A DNA stretch of 64,000 bases from an uncultured Solirubrobacterales bacterium (GCA_963718775.1 OY970377.1:418578-482577); one strand, 5' to 3'; numbered from the stretch's first letter, positions 9,640 through 21,465 are shown. Notes: generated from the letters alone by a model not told the origin. Translations and numbers: made by a program.

Positions 9640-10521
9640 TCATGCGCGCGGATGGGTGGCAGCGTACGCGTCACGCAGCCGGGCTGCATCGACGCGAGTG
9701 TAGACCTGAGTGGTCGAGATCGAGGCGTGGCCGAGCAGCTCCTGGATCGTGCGCAGGTCGGCGCCGCCTTCGAGCAGGTGGGTGGCGAAGCTGTGGCGCA
9801 GCGAGTGCGGCGAGACGCCGGCGGCCAGCGCCGCCTCGCGCACCCAGAGGCCGAGCCGGCGGGTGACGTCGGAGTTGGAGAGGCGACGGCCGCTCTTGGA
9901 GAGGAAGAGCGCCTGCTCGCGCGGGTCGGCGGAAAGCGCGTGGCGACCCCGCTCTGTGTAGCGCTGCAGCGCCCGCTGGGCGGGCTCGCCGACCGGCAGC
10001 AGGCGTTCCTTCGACCCCTTGCCGAGCACCCGCAGCTGCTCGGTTTCGAAGTCGAATGCGCCGAGGTCGAGGTTGACGATCTCCTCGCAGCGCAGCCCGC
10101 AGGAGTAGGCGAGCTCCAGCATCGCCCGGTCGCGCAGCTCCAGCGGCGTGCGCGCCGGGATCCGCTCCAGCAGAGCCCGCACCTGCTCGACCGTGAGCAC
10201 CCGCGGCAGCTTTTGCTCGCGCTTCGGGCTGGAGACGAGGTCGGCCGGGTTCTGCCCGACCCGCTCGGTGCGGACCAGGAAGTCGAAGAGACCGCGGATC
10301 GCCGCCAGCTTGCGGGCGACGGTCGCCGGCGCGGCGCCCGCAGAGGAGAGGCCGGCGGCGTAGCGCCGCACGTCGCGGTGGCGGATATCCCCGGGCGCCC
10401 TCTCCCCCGCCCACTCGACGAACTGGCCGAGGTCGACGCCGTAGGCCCGGCGCGTCCGCTCGGCCGCGTTGCGTCCACTCAGGTCGCGGTCGTATGCGGC
10501 CAACGCCTCGTCCCAGCTCAT
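9640..10521 (-). CDS. xerC: Tyrosine recombinase XerC/XerD
   Basis: Intact 293 aa with ...[16 protein letters not shown]...[37 protein letters not shown]. Its position near dprA matches actinobacterial xerC. Confidence 0.8.
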   Translation of the reverse strand: MSWDEALAAYDRDLSGRNAAERTRRAYGVDLGQFVEWAGERAPGDIRHRDVRRYAAGLSSAGAAPATVARKLAAIRGLFDFLVRTERVGQNPADLVSSPKREQKLPRVLTVEQVRALLERIPARTPLELRDRAMLELAYSCGLRCEEIVNLDLGAFDFETEQLRVLGKGSKERLLPVGEPAQRALQRYTERGRHALSADPREQALFLSKSGRRLSNSDVTRRLGLWVREAALAAGVSPHSLRHSFATHLLEGGADLRTIQELLGHASISTTQVYTRVDAARLRDAYAATHPRA

Positions 10522-10560
10522 CAGACACAGGTTCGCCGCGGCACGCCCAGGGCCTCCAAG

Positions 10561-10669
10561 GAAGGTCCCGGCAGGGGTGAAGCGTCTTGTACTTTTTCGC
10601 GGCTGTCCTTCGGGGACAGCAATCTCCGCTCCTCGAAAGAGTTAAGCGAAACCCCTGCCGGGAGCTTCC
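10561..10669 (+). repeat. Hairpin repeat family A, copy A1
   Basis: GGAAGGTCCCGGCAGGGG-TGAAGCGTCTTGTACTTTTTCG-apex-CGAAAGAGTTAAGCGAAA-CCCCTGCCGGGAGCTTCC. The 3' end abuts the TGA stop (10670..10672) of the minus-strand gene. Confidence 0.9.
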
Positions 10670-11707
10670 TCAGCCGATGTAGATCGGAGTGCCGACTTCG
10701 ACCAGGTCGTAGAGCTCTTCGACGTCGGGGATCGCCATCCGCACGCAGCCGTGCGAGGCGGCCGAGCCGAGCGAGTAGGTCTCTTCGGTGCCGTGGATGC
10801 CGGCGCCTTCGTAGATCGCCATCCAGCGCGCCTTGATCGGGTTCGACGGCCCCGGCGGGATGTCCTGGCCGGCGAGGCTGCCGGCCCAGTCGGATTCGGG
10901 CACGTGCCAGGTGGGGTTTTCTTCCTTTTCCTGAATCGCGTAGAGCCCTTCTGGGGTTTCGAGCCCTTCCTGGCCGACCGCCACCGTGTAGGTCTTGGCC
11001 AGCTTCAGGTCCTTCCAGAGACGCAGCGTGAAGGTGGCGCGATCGAGGGTCAGGTAGGTCGGATACGCGGAGGCGACTTCCTTCGTCGTCACCTCGGGCT
11101 TGACCGCATGCGTACGAGCGGCGATCGTGTGGTCGGCGTCGGCATTGAGCACAGCGGCGCGCAGCTGGCGAGTCAGCAGATTGTCGCGCAGCTTGCGCCC
11201 GTTCTCCGCCGTGACGACTTCGAGGGTGTCGCCGCTCGGGTTGACCGTCGCGTCCTGCGGTTCGCGGTCGACCTCGTCGGCGACCTTGCGCACGAAGCGG
11301 TTGATCGCCGGCTGCGAGTAGGTGACGTCGGCGCCGACGTGCTCGTCGACGCTGCCGCCGGTGACGTAGCGGACGAGGCGCCCGGGTAGGCCGCCTTCGC
11401 GGCTTTCGTCGAGGGCCTCTTCGACCGCGGCGTCGACGTCGGCGTGGATCTTGAGGCTCTCGCCCGGTAGCTCCCAGCGCTCACCGTCGTAGCCGACGCG
11501 GAGCGAGTGACGCAGCGGACGCAGCAGCTGGGCCTGCACCGCCTGCTTCGCTTCGTCTTCGTCCATCCCACCGACGTCGACGCCGCCAACCGTGACACCG
11601 TCGGCGATCTTGTCCTTCTGGGTGCTGTCGTAGGCGTAGGCGGCGAAGACTCCGAGAGCCAGCAGCGCCAGCACGGCGACGATTGCGATTTGAGTCTTAC
11701 GTCCCAT
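10670..11707 (-). CDS. L,D-transpeptidase (YkuD domain) with an N-terminal membrane anchor
   Basis: Intact 345 aa. The C-terminus ...IHGTEETYSLGSAASHGCVRMAIPDVEELYDLV carries the catalytic H/C motif. Confidence 0.8.
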   Translation of the reverse strand: MGRKTQIAIVAVLALLALGVFAAYAYDSTQKDKIADGVTVGGVDVGGMDEDEAKQAVQAQLLRPLRHSLRVGYDGERWELPGESLKIHADVDAAVEEALDESREGGLPGRLVRYVTGGSVDEHVGADVTYSQPAINRFVRKVADEVDREPQDATVNPSGDTLEVVTAENGRKLRDNLLTRQLRAAVLNADADHTIAARTHAVKPEVTTKEVASAYPTYLTLDRATFTLRLWKDLKLAKTYTVAVGQEGLETPEGLYAIQEKEENPTWHVPESDWAGSLAGQDIPPGPSNPIKARWMAIYEGAGIHGTEETYSLGSAASHGCVRMAIPDVEELYDLVEVGTPIYIG

Positions 11708-11827
11708 CAGTTCTTCTCCGAAGTCATCATCGGCGCAACCGCAACTCTCCTGCGCAAAGTGTAGGCATACGGATCATTCGGCCAGAACGGTCCGATTCCC
11801 TGCAAACCGCTCTCGGCAGTGAAGCGG

Positions 11828-11996
11828 CTAGGAGGGACTGGCGAAACCCGCGTGTACGGACCGGCGAGCGCCGGACCAAGCGGGGCAAGGACGCAGGGAG
11901 GCCGAATAGCAGCGCTATTTGGCCGACCGAGGACGCCGCACCGCGCAGTGTCCGCCGCCGCCGGACGTGCGCGGGGGTTTCGCCAATCCCTCCTAG
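11828..11996. repeat. 169-nt imperfect palindrome (element C)
   Basis: Arms are CTAGGAGGGACTGGCGAAACCCGCG and CGCGGGGGTTTCGCCAATCCCTCCTAG. The apex holds a GGCCGAATAGC-AGC-GCTATTTGGCC hairpin. Lies in the divergent spacer 18 nt before the 12015 start. Confidence 0.8.
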
Positions 11997-12014
11997 GGCG
12001 GATATCGTTGCGGC

Positions 12015-12728
12015 GTGCGCTCCAAGGACGATGTCCGCAAGGAGGTCTGGAAGGCGATGGACCGCGAGGGCGTGTCCCGCTTCCCCGGCGCCGAGGGGCG
12101 AATCCCGAACTTCGCCGGGGCGAAGCTGGCCGCCGAGAAGCTCGCCGGGCACCGCCTCTGGAAGCGCGCGCGGGTGATCAAGGCCAATCCCGACTCGCCG
12201 CAGACCTACGCGCGCCGGGTCGCCCTCGAGGAGGGCAAGACCGTGATCATGGCCGTGCCGCGCCTGCGCGACCCGCATCCGTTCCGCGTCCTCGACCCGA
12301 AGAAGCTGTCCAAAGCGGCGGTCAAGGAGGCGGCGACGATCAAGGGGGCGCTCAAACACGGCCGCGTGACGGCGCTCGAAGAGCTGCCGGAGATCGACTT
12401 CGTCCTCTGCGGCTCGGTCGCCGTCAACCTCAGCGGCGCGCGGGTCGGCAAGGGCGGCGGCTACTCCGACCTCGAGTACGGCGTCCTGATCGACGCCGGC
12501 AAGATCGACAGCCACACGACCGTGGCGACGACCGTGCACCCGACCCAGGTCCTGCGCCGCCACCTGATGATGACCTCGCACGACCTGCCGGTCGACGTGA
12601 TCGCCACGCCGCGCGCCGTGATCGAGGTCGAGCGCCAGTACGAGCGCCCGCGCGGCATCCTCTGGGACCACCTGCAGCCACCGCAGATCCGCGAAATACC
12701 CATACTCGAACGTATGGGCTATGCCTGA
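12015..12728 (+). CDS. 5-formyltetrahydrofolate cyclo-ligase family protein
   Basis: Intact 237 aa with ...IPNFAGA...VIMAVPRL...GSVAVNLSGARVGKGGGYSDLEY.... Confidence 0.7.
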   Translation: MRSKDDVRKEVWKAMDREGVSRFPGAEGRIPNFAGAKLAAEKLAGHRLWKRARVIKANPDSPQTYARRVALEEGKTVIMAVPRLRDPHPFRVLDPKKLSKAAVKEAATIKGALKHGRVTALEELPEIDFVLCGSVAVNLSGARVGKGGGYSDLEYGVLIDAGKIDSHTTVATTVHPTQVLRRHLMMTSHDLPVDVIATPRAVIEVERQYERPRGILWDHLQPPQIREIPILERMGYA

Positions 12729-13593
12729 CGATTACGGCAACCCCGATCCCGAGTGGCTGGGAATCGACTGGCGGCCACGGCTGCACCGGGTCGAGCTCCC
12801 CGGCGCGACCGTCAACTACGCGGAGATCGGCGAAGGCGAGCCGATCGTCTTCATCCACGGCATCTCGGGCTCCTGGCAGAACTGGCTGGAGAACCTGCCC
12901 CACTTCGGCCGCAACCGCCGTGCGATCGCGCTTGACCTGCCCGGCTTCGGCGCCAGTCCGATGCCCTCCTGGACGATCGACATGCCCGCCTACGGCCGTC
13001 TGCTGCACGACTTCTGCGAGAAGCTCGGCATCGAGGGCGCGACCCTGGTCGGCAACTCGATGGGTGGCCTGGTCGCGGCGGAGGCGGTGCTCACTGCGCC
13101 GGAGCGCTTCGGCCGTCTGGCGCTGGTCTCCGCCGCCGGCCTGATCAACACCTGGCTGCCCCACCAGCGCGGCGTGGCCACCTCGCGCGCCTGGAGCACG
13201 TTCGGTCGCCCCTTCGGCGCCGCTGCCCGCTTCGTCGTCACCCACCCCCACGCCCGCTACGCGATGTTCCGCTTCTTCATCCGCTACCCGGGGCGGCTGC
13301 GCAAGGAGCTGCTCTGGGAGCAGATGGCCTCGGGCCTGCCGGCGCCGGGCTTCGCCGACTCGCTCGACGCGGTGATCGAATACGACGCTCGCGACCGCCT
13401 CGAAGAGATCGAGATCCCGACGATGATCGTCTGGGGGATGGACGACTGGGTGATCTCAGCCGCCGCGGCCTTGAGCTACCACCGCCGCATCCCCCACTCC
13501 CGCCTGGAGATCTTCGAGCGGACGGGACACGTGCCGCAACTGGAGCGTCCGGCCCGCTTCAACCGGGTGCTCGAGGAGTTCCTCATCAGCTGA
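12721..13593 (+). CDS. Alpha/beta-fold hydrolase
   Basis: Intact 290 aa with HGISGS, the nucleophile elbow GNSMGG, and ...GHVPQLERP. Confidence 0.8.
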   Translation: MPDDYGNPDPEWLGIDWRPRLHRVELPGATVNYAEIGEGEPIVFIHGISGSWQNWLENLPHFGRNRRAIALDLPGFGASPMPSWTIDMPAYGRLLHDFCEKLGIEGATLVGNSMGGLVAAEAVLTAPERFGRLALVSAAGLINTWLPHQRGVATSRAWSTFGRPFGAAARFVVTHPHARYAMFRFFIRYPGRLRKELLWEQMASGLPAPGFADSLDAVIEYDARDRLEEIEIPTMIVWGMDDWVISAAAALSYHRRIPHSRLEIFERTGHVPQLERPARFNRVLEEFLIS

Positions 13594-13629
13594 CGCGCTC
13601 CATCCCTCGGCTTTCAAACTCGAGCTCGT

Positions 13630-13745
13630 CTAGCGGGACTGGGCAGGGGTGAAGCGTCTTGTACTTTTTCGCGGCTTACGCTCGGGCGACAGCAATCCAG
13701 CGACCCTCGAAAAAGTTAAGCGGAACCCCTGCCCAGTCCCGCTAG
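13630..13745 (+). repeat. Hairpin repeat family A, copy A2
   Basis: Perfect 20-bp outer stem CTAGCGGGACTGGGCAGGGG / CCCCTGCCCAGTCCCGCTAG enclosing the conserved core. The 3' arm contains the ilvD stop codon (13742..13744). Confidence 0.9.
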
Positions 13746-15445
13746 CCAGTTACAGCGCCTTCGGAAGCCGAGGAGACCGTCGCCGCGTACTTGGCCATTA
13801 CGCCACGGCCGAAGGGAGATGGCGGCGACTCGTAGGCGGCGACCCGCTCTGGCGATCTCCTCGTCTGAGAGGTCGACGTCGATGCGGCGACCGTCGATGT
13901 CGACGGTGATCTGGTCGCCCTCGTGGATCGCCGCGATCGGGCCGCCCTTGGCCGCCTCGGGGGCGACGTGGCCGATCATCAGGCCGCGGGTGGCGCCGGA
14001 GAAGCGCCCGTCGGTGACCATCGCGACGCTCTCCCCGAGCCCCTCGCCGACGATCGCCGCGGTGACCTGGAGCATCTCGCGCATCCCGGGGCCGCCGACC
14101 GGCCCCTCGTTGCGGATGACGACGACGTCGCCCGGCTTGATCTGCTGGTCCTTGACGGCGCGGAAGCATTCCTCTTCGGACTCGAAGACGCGGGCTGGCC
14201 CGATCTGCTGGGTCCGCTCGGTGCCGGCGAGCTTCACCACCGCCCCTTCGGGCGCGAGGTTGCCGCCGAGGATCGCCAGGCCGCCTTCGGGCTTGAGCGG
14301 ATCGTCGAGCGGGCGCACGACTTCCTGACCGGGCGCCTCGGTCGCCTCCGCCGCCACCTCGCCGATCGTCTTGCCGGTGACGGTGATCGCGTCGTCGTGG
14401 AGGTTGCCGGATTCGGCGAGGCGCTTGAGGATCACCGGCACGCCGCCGGCCGCGTAGAGGTCGGTGGCGACGAAGCGCCCGCCCGGCTTGAGGTCGGCGA
14501 AGAGCGGCGTCGCCCGGGAGATGCGCTCGAAGTCGTCCATGGTCAGCTCGATCGTCAAGCTCGTGGGCGAGCGCGATCAGGTGCAGGACCGCGTTGGTCG
14601 ACCCGCCCGAGGCGCAGACGCAGGCGATCGCGTTCTCCAGCGAGTCGCGGGTGATCACCTTGCTCGGCCTCATGTCGTCGACCAGGACACCGAGGACCAG
14701 CTCGCCGATCCGCTCGGCGACCGTTCCCTTGTCGTCGTCTTCGGCGGGCACCATCGCCGAGCCGCCGGCGCTGATCCCAAGCGCCTCGAAGGCGCAGGCC
14801 ATCGTGTTGGCGGTGAACTGGCCGCCGCAGGCGCCGGCGCCGGGGCTGGCGACGCCCTCCAGCTCGTTCAGTTCCTCGTCGCTCATGTCGCCGGCGTTGT
14901 GGGCGCCGATCGCCTCGAAGATGTCGAGGATCGTCACGTCGCGGCCGTGCCAGTGGCCGGGAGCGATCGAGCCGCCGTAGAGGAGCGACCGACGGCACGT
15001 CGAGCCGAGCCAGCGCCATCGCGCAGCCCGGGATCGTCTTGTCGCAGGCGCAGAGGGCGACGATCGCGTCGAACTGGTAGCCGCGCGCCATCAGCTCGAT
15101 CGAGTCGGCGATCACCTCGCGGCTGATCAGCGAGGCCTTCATCCCCTGGGTGCCCATCGTGACGCCGTCGGAGACGGCGACGGTGTTGAACTCCATCGGC
15201 GTGCCGCCGGCGGCGCGTACGCCCTCTTTGACGTGCTCGGCGAGGCCGCGCAGGTGGAAGTTGCAGGGCATCGCCTCGGTCCAGGTGTTGGCGATGCCGA
15301 TCGTCGGCCGGCTGAGCGCCTCGTCGTCGAAGCCGATGCCCTTCATGTAGGCGCGCGCGTGGGCGCGGTCGGGGCCGTCGAAGACGACGCTGGAGCGAGG
15401 ACGGGGAAGCTTGGTCGTGGTGGCGCCGTTTGAGCTCATCGCCAA
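13742..15445 (-). CDS. ilvD: Dihydroxy-acid dehydratase; at least 3 frame changes
   Basis: Pieces lie on track ORFs 14555..15445, 13798..14937 and 13716..14558. The last codons [18 protein letters not shown]-stop are in another frame, ending at 13742. Confidence 0.85.
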
Positions 15446-15482
15446 AATCTACTGAGGCGGTCCAGAGGCGAGGTCGAAGACA

Positions 15483-16249
<767 letters not shown>

Positions 16250-16253
<4 letters not shown>

Positions 16254-17383
16254 CTGGCGCAGCCTAGAGACCGGGAGTTGCGAGCAGCGTTCGGGAATAG
16301 ATCGCCGACCAGGGAACAGGAGACGTAGCCGAGCGCCTCCAGGGTCGCCAGGGCAGAGGCAGCCTCGGCGCCGGAGAGGTCGAGGCTGGCGGCGACCGCG
16401 TCGCAGGTCTCCTCTCCCCTCTCCACCGCCGCCAGCACGCGACGCAGCCCTGGCTCCAGGTCGTGGCCGGTTGGGCTCGGCCGTCTGCGACGCCCGGCCC
16501 CAGCATCGCGTCGAGCACGTCCTGGGCGTCGCGAATGAGGCAGGCGCCGCCGGCGAGCAGGTCGTTGGCGCCCGCCGAAGCGCGCGAGTTGACCGGGCCG
16601 GGCACAGCGCCCAGGTCGCGACCGAGGTCCGCGGCTAGATCGGCGGTGATCAGCGACCCCGAGCGCTGCGCCGCCTCGACCACCACCGTCATCCCCGCAA
16701 GGGCGGCCATGATCCGGTTGCGGGCCGGAAAGGTCCAGCGCCAGGCGCCGGTTCCCGGCGGCAGCTCGGAGAGGACGAGACCCTGTTCGGAGATCCGCCG
16801 CCAGAGCGAGCGATGCGCGGCCGGATAGGCGACGTCGGCGCCACAGCCGAGCACGGCGACGGTGAGCCCGGCATCGAGCGCGCCGCGGTGGGCGCAGGCG
16901 TCGATGCCGAAGGCGAGCCCGCTGACGACCAGGAAACCGGCGGCGGCAAGCTCGCGACCCAGCTCACGGGCGATCTCGCGACCGTAGGAGCTGGCCCGCC
17001 TGGCGCCGACGACGGTCACTGCGCCCTCCGGCTCCAGCCGCTCGAGCAGCGCCGGGTCACCGCGCCCGATCAGGGCCCAGGGCGCGTCGGCGGCATCGCG
17101 CAGACCGACCGGGAAGCGCGAGTCGTGGCGACAGCAGGCCCAGCACTGCGCGGCCAGCAGGTCGGCCAAGAGCGTGCGCTCCGGCACCGCCGTCGACCTG
17201 GGCAAGGATCTGAGCGGCGACCTTCGGCGCCGCTGCCGCGGCGAGGTCCTCGTTGGAGAGGCGCAGCAGTTCGGGCGAGCGCGAGCCCGGCGCCCCGGTG
17301 GCGATCTTCTCGATGTAGGGCGCCAGATGGGCGAGCAGCCGCGAGCGGCGCAGGCAGTCGGGGCAGGCTCGCGGCTCGCTCAT
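16250..17383 (-). CDS. dprA: DNA-processing protein DprA; frameshifted
   Basis: The N-terminus MSEPRACPDCL... is embedded in track ORF 17057..18982. The Rossmann core (VVGARRASSYG...VVSGLAFGIDACAHRGAL...FPARNRIMAALAG) is on 16264..17205 and the C-terminal winged helix on 16250..16438. The ATG overlaps the yifB stop (ATGA at 17380..17383). Confidence 0.8.
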
Positions 17384-18941
17384 TCTCGGTCCCTGCGACG
17401 CAGCTGCAGCGCCTGGGCCATCTGCTCGCGGCCGATCGTCTCGGTCGCCGGCAAGGTCGGCGACCGTCTGCGCCAGACGCAGGACGCGGTCGTGGGCGCG
17501 GCCGCTGAGCCGGCGCCGCGAGTAGGAATCGGCGAGCAGCGAGGCGGCGCCCTCGTCGAGCGCGCACTCGCGCACCTCCGCCGGGGTCATCTCGGCGTTG
17601 CAGCGGCCCGGCCCGAGGCGGAGTTCCTGGCGCTCGCGCGCCGCGACGACCCGCTCGCGCACCGTCGCCGACGCCTCACCCGGCGGTCCGCCGATCTCCT
17701 CGGCACTGGGCTGGCGGATCGCGGCGAGGACGTCGATGCGATCGGCGAGCGCGCCGCTGAGCCGGGCCTGGTAGCGCTGCACCGCCAGCGGCGCGCAGCT
17801 GCACTCGGGGTCGGCCTCGCCGCGCCCGCAGGGGCAGGGATTGGCCGCAGCGACGAGCATGAAGCGGCAGGGCAGGTGCCGCCAGGAACCGGCGCGGGCG
17901 ATCGAGACCCAACCGGTCTCCAGCGGCGCCCGCAGCGCCTCCAGCGTGTCGCGGCGGAACTCGCAGAGCTCGTCGAGGAAGAGCACGCCGCGATGGGCCA
18001 GCGTCGCCTCGCCGGGACTCGGCGGGTTGCCGCCGCCGACCAGACCGGCCGGACTGACCGTGTGATGCGGGGCCCGGAAGGGCCTGCCTCCAGGCTGGCC
18101 ACCGCCCAGCCGGCCGCAGGCGCTGGCGATCCGCGCCACCTCCAGCGCCTCCTCGGCCGCCAGCGGCGGCAGGATCGACGGCAGCCGGCTTGCCGCCAGC
18201 GACTTGCCGGCGCCGGGCGGGCCGACCATCAGCAGGCTGTGGCCGCCGGCCGCGGCGACCTCGAGCGCGTAGCGGAGGTGGCGCTGGCCGCGCAGGTCGG
18301 CGAGGTCCGGGGCGCCGCCGTCGGGACTGAGCCGCAGCGACATCGGCTGCGGCCGCTCCGGCGTCCACTCCCCTGCCGCAAGCGCCGAGAGCTGGCCGAG
18401 GCTCTCCAGGCAGATCACCTCGATGCCCTCGACCAGCGCCGCCTCGGGGCCGTTCTCGGCCGGCACCACGATCGCCTCGATGCCCGCGCTCGCGCGCCGC
18501 CTCGGCGATCGCCAGCACCCCGGGCACGGGACGAACCGAGCCGTCGAGGGCCAGCTCGCCGACCAGCGCCAGCTTCGGCAGCCGCTCGAGGTCGAGCTGA
18601 CCGGACGCGGTGAGCAGGGCGGCGGCGATCGCCAGGTCCAGCCCCGGCCCGGCCTTGCGCAGGCTGGCCGGAGCGAGGTTGGCGACGATCCGCCGCAGCG
18701 GGAACTCGAAGCCGCAGTTGACCAGCGCCGCCCGCACCCGCTCGCGCGCCTCGCGCACCGCGGCGTCGGGCAGGCCGACGACGGAGAAGGCGGGCAGGCC
18801 GCGGTGGACGTCGACCTCGACCCGGACCGGGCGGGCGGAGATGCCGTCGAGGGTGAATGTCTGCGCCGTGGCGAGCACGGAAACCACGCTAGGGAGCCGA
18901 ATCCGACGCGTGGCGCGCAGGGTCGCACGGAACAGCGCCAT
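17380..18941 (-). CDS. YifB/ComM Mg-chelatase-like AAA+ protein; frameshifted
   Basis: The N-terminal Lon-like domain is on 17676..18941 and the AAA+ core (LLMVGPPGAGKSLAASRL...GVLFLDELCEF...) on 17057..18982. The last codons ETIGREQMAQALQLRRRDRE are in a third frame. Confidence 0.85.
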
Positions 18942-19004
18942 CTAGTCGACGGAAGGCGCGCAGCAACCGAGCGAGCCCGCAATCGCCCCTAGGGTCGGCG
19001 CGCG

Positions 19005-19412
19005 ATGACCGTTCAGCGACAGCGAATCGGCCGCGCCGCCGAGGACCTGGTCGCCGACGCGACTGGCGAGCATCAGGCTGGGAGATCGTCGAGCGCAACG
19101 CCCGCACCCGCTTCGGCGAGCTCGACATCGTCGCCCTCGACGGCCGCACGCTCGTCTTCGTCGAGGTCAAGGCCGGCCGCGAGGACTCCGCCTTCGGCCC
19201 CGAGCGCCCGGTCCTCGGCGTCGACCGCCGCAAGCAGCAGCGCGTCCGCCGCCTCGCCACCGCCTGGATGGGCGAACGCCGCGACGCGCCTCGCTACGCC
19301 GAGATCCGCTTCGACGCCGTCGGCGTCACCTTCGACCGCGCCGGCCGCGTCGATCGACGTCGAGCACATCCGCGGCAGCGTTCTAGCCGGCGCAGCTCCA
19401 GCTGGCGAGTAG
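19005..19412 (+). CDS. YraN (UPF0102) family endonuclease; frameshifted and on the opposite strand to its usual neighbours
   Basis: My translation gives [18 protein letters not shown].., then [34 protein letters not shown]...[42 protein letters not shown] across 3 frames. Confidence 0.6.
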   Translation: MTVQRQRIGRAAEDLVADATGEHQAGRSSSATPAPASASSTSSPSTAARSSSSRSRPAARTPPSAPSARSSASTAASSSASAASPPPGWANAATRLATPRSASTPSASPSTAPAASIDVEHIRGSVLAGAAPAGE

Positions 19413-20060
19413 GCGACCGACTGGAACGAGCGCCGGTGCAGGGGCGAGATGCCGATCCGCTCGATCGCCTCGCGGTGCTCGGGGGTCGAGTAGCCGACGT
19501 GCTCCTCGAAGCCCCAGCCGGGGTGGTCGCGGCCGGCGCCGTGCATGTAGCGGTCGCGGGTCACCTTGGCGATCACCGAGGCGGCGGCGATCGCGGCGCT
19601 GGTGCCGTCGCCTTCGATCACGGCCCGGTGCGGCACCGTGCAGTCGCGCAGCGAGAAGCCGTCGACCAGGCAGGTCGCCTCCGCGCCGGGCCGCAGCCGT
19701 TCCAGCGCGCTGGCCAAGCGCTTCGATGTTGGTCACGTGCAGGCCGCGATCGTCGATCCCGCGGGCGCAGCGGACGACGACGCTGACCCGCTCGGCGGCG
19801 CGCAGCACGCAGGGGAAGAGCTCCGCCCGCTTCTCGGCGTTCATCTGCTTGGAGTCGTGCAGGCCGGCGAGGGCGCGGCGGTCGGCGTGGGAGAGCGTCT
19901 CGTAGTCGATCAGCACCGCGGCGGCGACCAGCGGGCCGGCGAGGCAGCCGCGCCCGGCCTCGTCGGCACCGGCGACGAGGCGGCGTGCCGAGGCCGCGGT
20001 CGAAGGCGAAGAGCCGCCGCGTCCGCGCCAGCCGGCGCTGGTGGGCCTTGCCCCCGACGG
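19383..20060 (-). CDS. rnhB: Ribonuclease HII; frameshifted, both termini uncertain
   Basis: [21 protein letters not shown]...LHDSKQM is on 19383..20180. ...[36 protein letters not shown]...[24 protein letters not shown] is on 19073..19717. Confidence 0.65.
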   Translation of the reverse strand, partial: PSGARPTSAGWRGRGGSSPSTAASARRLVAGADEAGRGCLAGPLVAAAVLIDYETLSHADRRALAGLHDSKQMNAEKRAELFPCVLRAAERVSVVVRCARGIDDRGLHVTNIEALGQRAGTAAARRGGDLPGRRLLAARLHGAAPGRDRRRRHQRRDRRRLGDRQGDPRPLHARRRPRPPRLGLRGARRLLDPRAPRGDRADRHLAPAPALVPVGRLLASWSCAG

Positions 20061-20073
20061 GCCCGGCTGGCTC

Positions 20074-20673
20074 TTAGAAGACGCCGACGCGGTCTGGGGG
20101 CCAGTAGGTGGCAAAGGCCTTGCCGATGATCCAGTCGCGGGGGACGGGGCCCCAGAAGCGGCTGTCGTCGCTTTCGCCACGGTTGTCGCCCATCATGAAG
20201 TAGTGGTCGGGTGGAATGGTGATCTGCTTCGGCAGATTGCAGGCCGGCAGCGTGCCGCAGGGCCGGATGAAGGACTCGTCGGCTCTTCTCGACGCCGTTG
20301 ACGACCGGGTGGCCGTTGCGGACGCTGAGCGTGTCGCCGGGGCCGGCGACGATCCGCTTGATGAAGTTCTGGTCCGACTCGCCGGCGGTCGGCTGCGGGC
20401 AGGGCATGCCGACGTCGATCGGCTGGCGGGCGCCGATCGTCTTGCCACAGCGGGCGGGCTGGAATCGGCGCCGGCCGGCGGGTGGAAGACGACGATGTCG
20501 CCGATCCCAGGGTCGGTGAAGTGGTAGAGGAAGCGGTTGACGAGCACGCGCTGGCCGACGTCGAGGGTCGGCTCCATCGACTGCGAGGGGATCTGGTAGG
20601 GCTTGATCAGCCAGGCCTGGATCGCCAGCGCCAGGCCCAGGGCCAGGGCGACGATGACGACCAGCTCGACCAA
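20074..20673 (-). CDS. lepB: Signal peptidase I; about 2 internal frame changes
   Basis: [10 protein letters not shown]...GDIVVFHPP at the N-terminus and ...[29 protein letters not shown] at the C-terminus of track ORF 20074..20673. The middle is out of frame. Confidence 0.8.
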   Translation of the reverse strand: MVELVVIVALALGLALAIQAWLIKPYQIPSQSMEPTLDVGQRVLVNRFLYHFTDPGIGDIVVFHPPAGADSSPPAVARRSAPASRSTSACPARSRPPASRTRTSSSGSSPAPATRSASATATRSSTASRRADESFIRPCGTLPACNLPKQITIPPDHYFMMGDNRGESDDSRFWGPVPRDWIIGKAFATYWPPDRVGVF

Positions 20674-20711
20674 CCCGCCGCCACGACTCTTCGGCTTCGG
20701 GATCGAAGGGT

Positions 20712-21410
20712 TCAGGCCGAGTCCTCGCCGGAGTCGTCGGACTTCTTGTCCGGCGACTCATCCTCGGCATCCTCCGCCGCGGCGTTGTCCTCGGTCTCCC
20801 CCGCCTCGGGCGCCTCGGCGTCCGTGCCCTCATCAGCTTCACCGCTCACCTCCGCGGTTGCCTCCGCCTCAGTCCCCCCTGCTGCCTCGGGGGCGCTCTC
20901 TACCGCCTCAGGCGCCTCGTCAGTCTCAGCGGCGTCGGGGCCCTCAGCCTCAGGAGTCTCAGTCTGCGCCGCTGCGTCTTCCTCGGCTTGGCTAACGCCC
21001 TCGGCGTCAACCGCCTCGGGCTCCGCAGCCGCAGTCGGCGCAGAGATCAGCTCCTCGTCGATGCCCCAGCGCCGCTCGGCAACTCGCGCTGCCTTGCCGA
21101 TCCGGCCGCGCAGGTAGTAGAGCTTCGCCCGGCGCACGTCGCCGCGGGCGGCGATCTCGAGTTTCTCGATCTTCGGCGAGTGCAGCGGAAAGGTTCGCTC
21201 GACGCCGACGCCGAAGGACTGCTTGCGGACGGTGAAGGTCTCGCGCACGCCGGAGCCCTGACGCCGCAGGACGATTCCCTCGAAGACCTGGGTGCGGCGG
21301 CGGGTGCCCTCGACGACCTGGAAGTGGACGCGCACGCGATCGCCAGGATCAAAGGAAGGGAGACCCTTCCTCAGTTGACTGCGCTCGATGTCGTCGATGA
21401 CGCTGCTCAT
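20712..21410 (-). CDS. rplS: 50S ribosomal protein L19 with a ~115-aa acidic C-terminal extension
   Basis: Intact 232 aa. The first ~115 aa are a canonical L19 ([26 protein letters not shown]...RRAKLYYLR). The remainder is E/A/D/T-rich low complexity. Confidence 0.9.
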   Translation of the reverse strand: MSSVIDDIERSQLRKGLPSFDPGDRVRVHFQVVEGTRRRTQVFEGIVLRRQGSGVRETFTVRKQSFGVGVERTFPLHSPKIEKLEIAARGDVRRAKLYYLRGRIGKAARVAERRWGIDEELISAPTAAAEPEAVDAEGVSQAEEDAAAQTETPEAEGPDAAETDEAPEAVESAPEAAGGTEAEATAEVSGEADEGTDAEAPEAGETEDNAAAEDAEDESPDKKSDDSGEDSA

Positions 21411-21465
21411 GCGAAAAAAGACCGCCGGGCCCGGGCAGGGCGCCGCGCGGTGCGGGCAATCGTAC

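Noticed and set aside
11831-11860. GGGACUGGCGAAAC at the start of element C looks like the conserved GACUGGCG core of the ZTP (pfl) riboswitch. The downstream gene is folate-related, which would fit.
   Set aside because: The P1 partner of the 5' strand is found only ~150 nt away, as part of a long palindrome. I also see no CCGCCUGGG-type 3' pseudoknot segment. Related GCGAAAC strings occur in the hairpin repeat family, so the match is probably repeat-derived. An Infernal scan with RF01750 would settle it.
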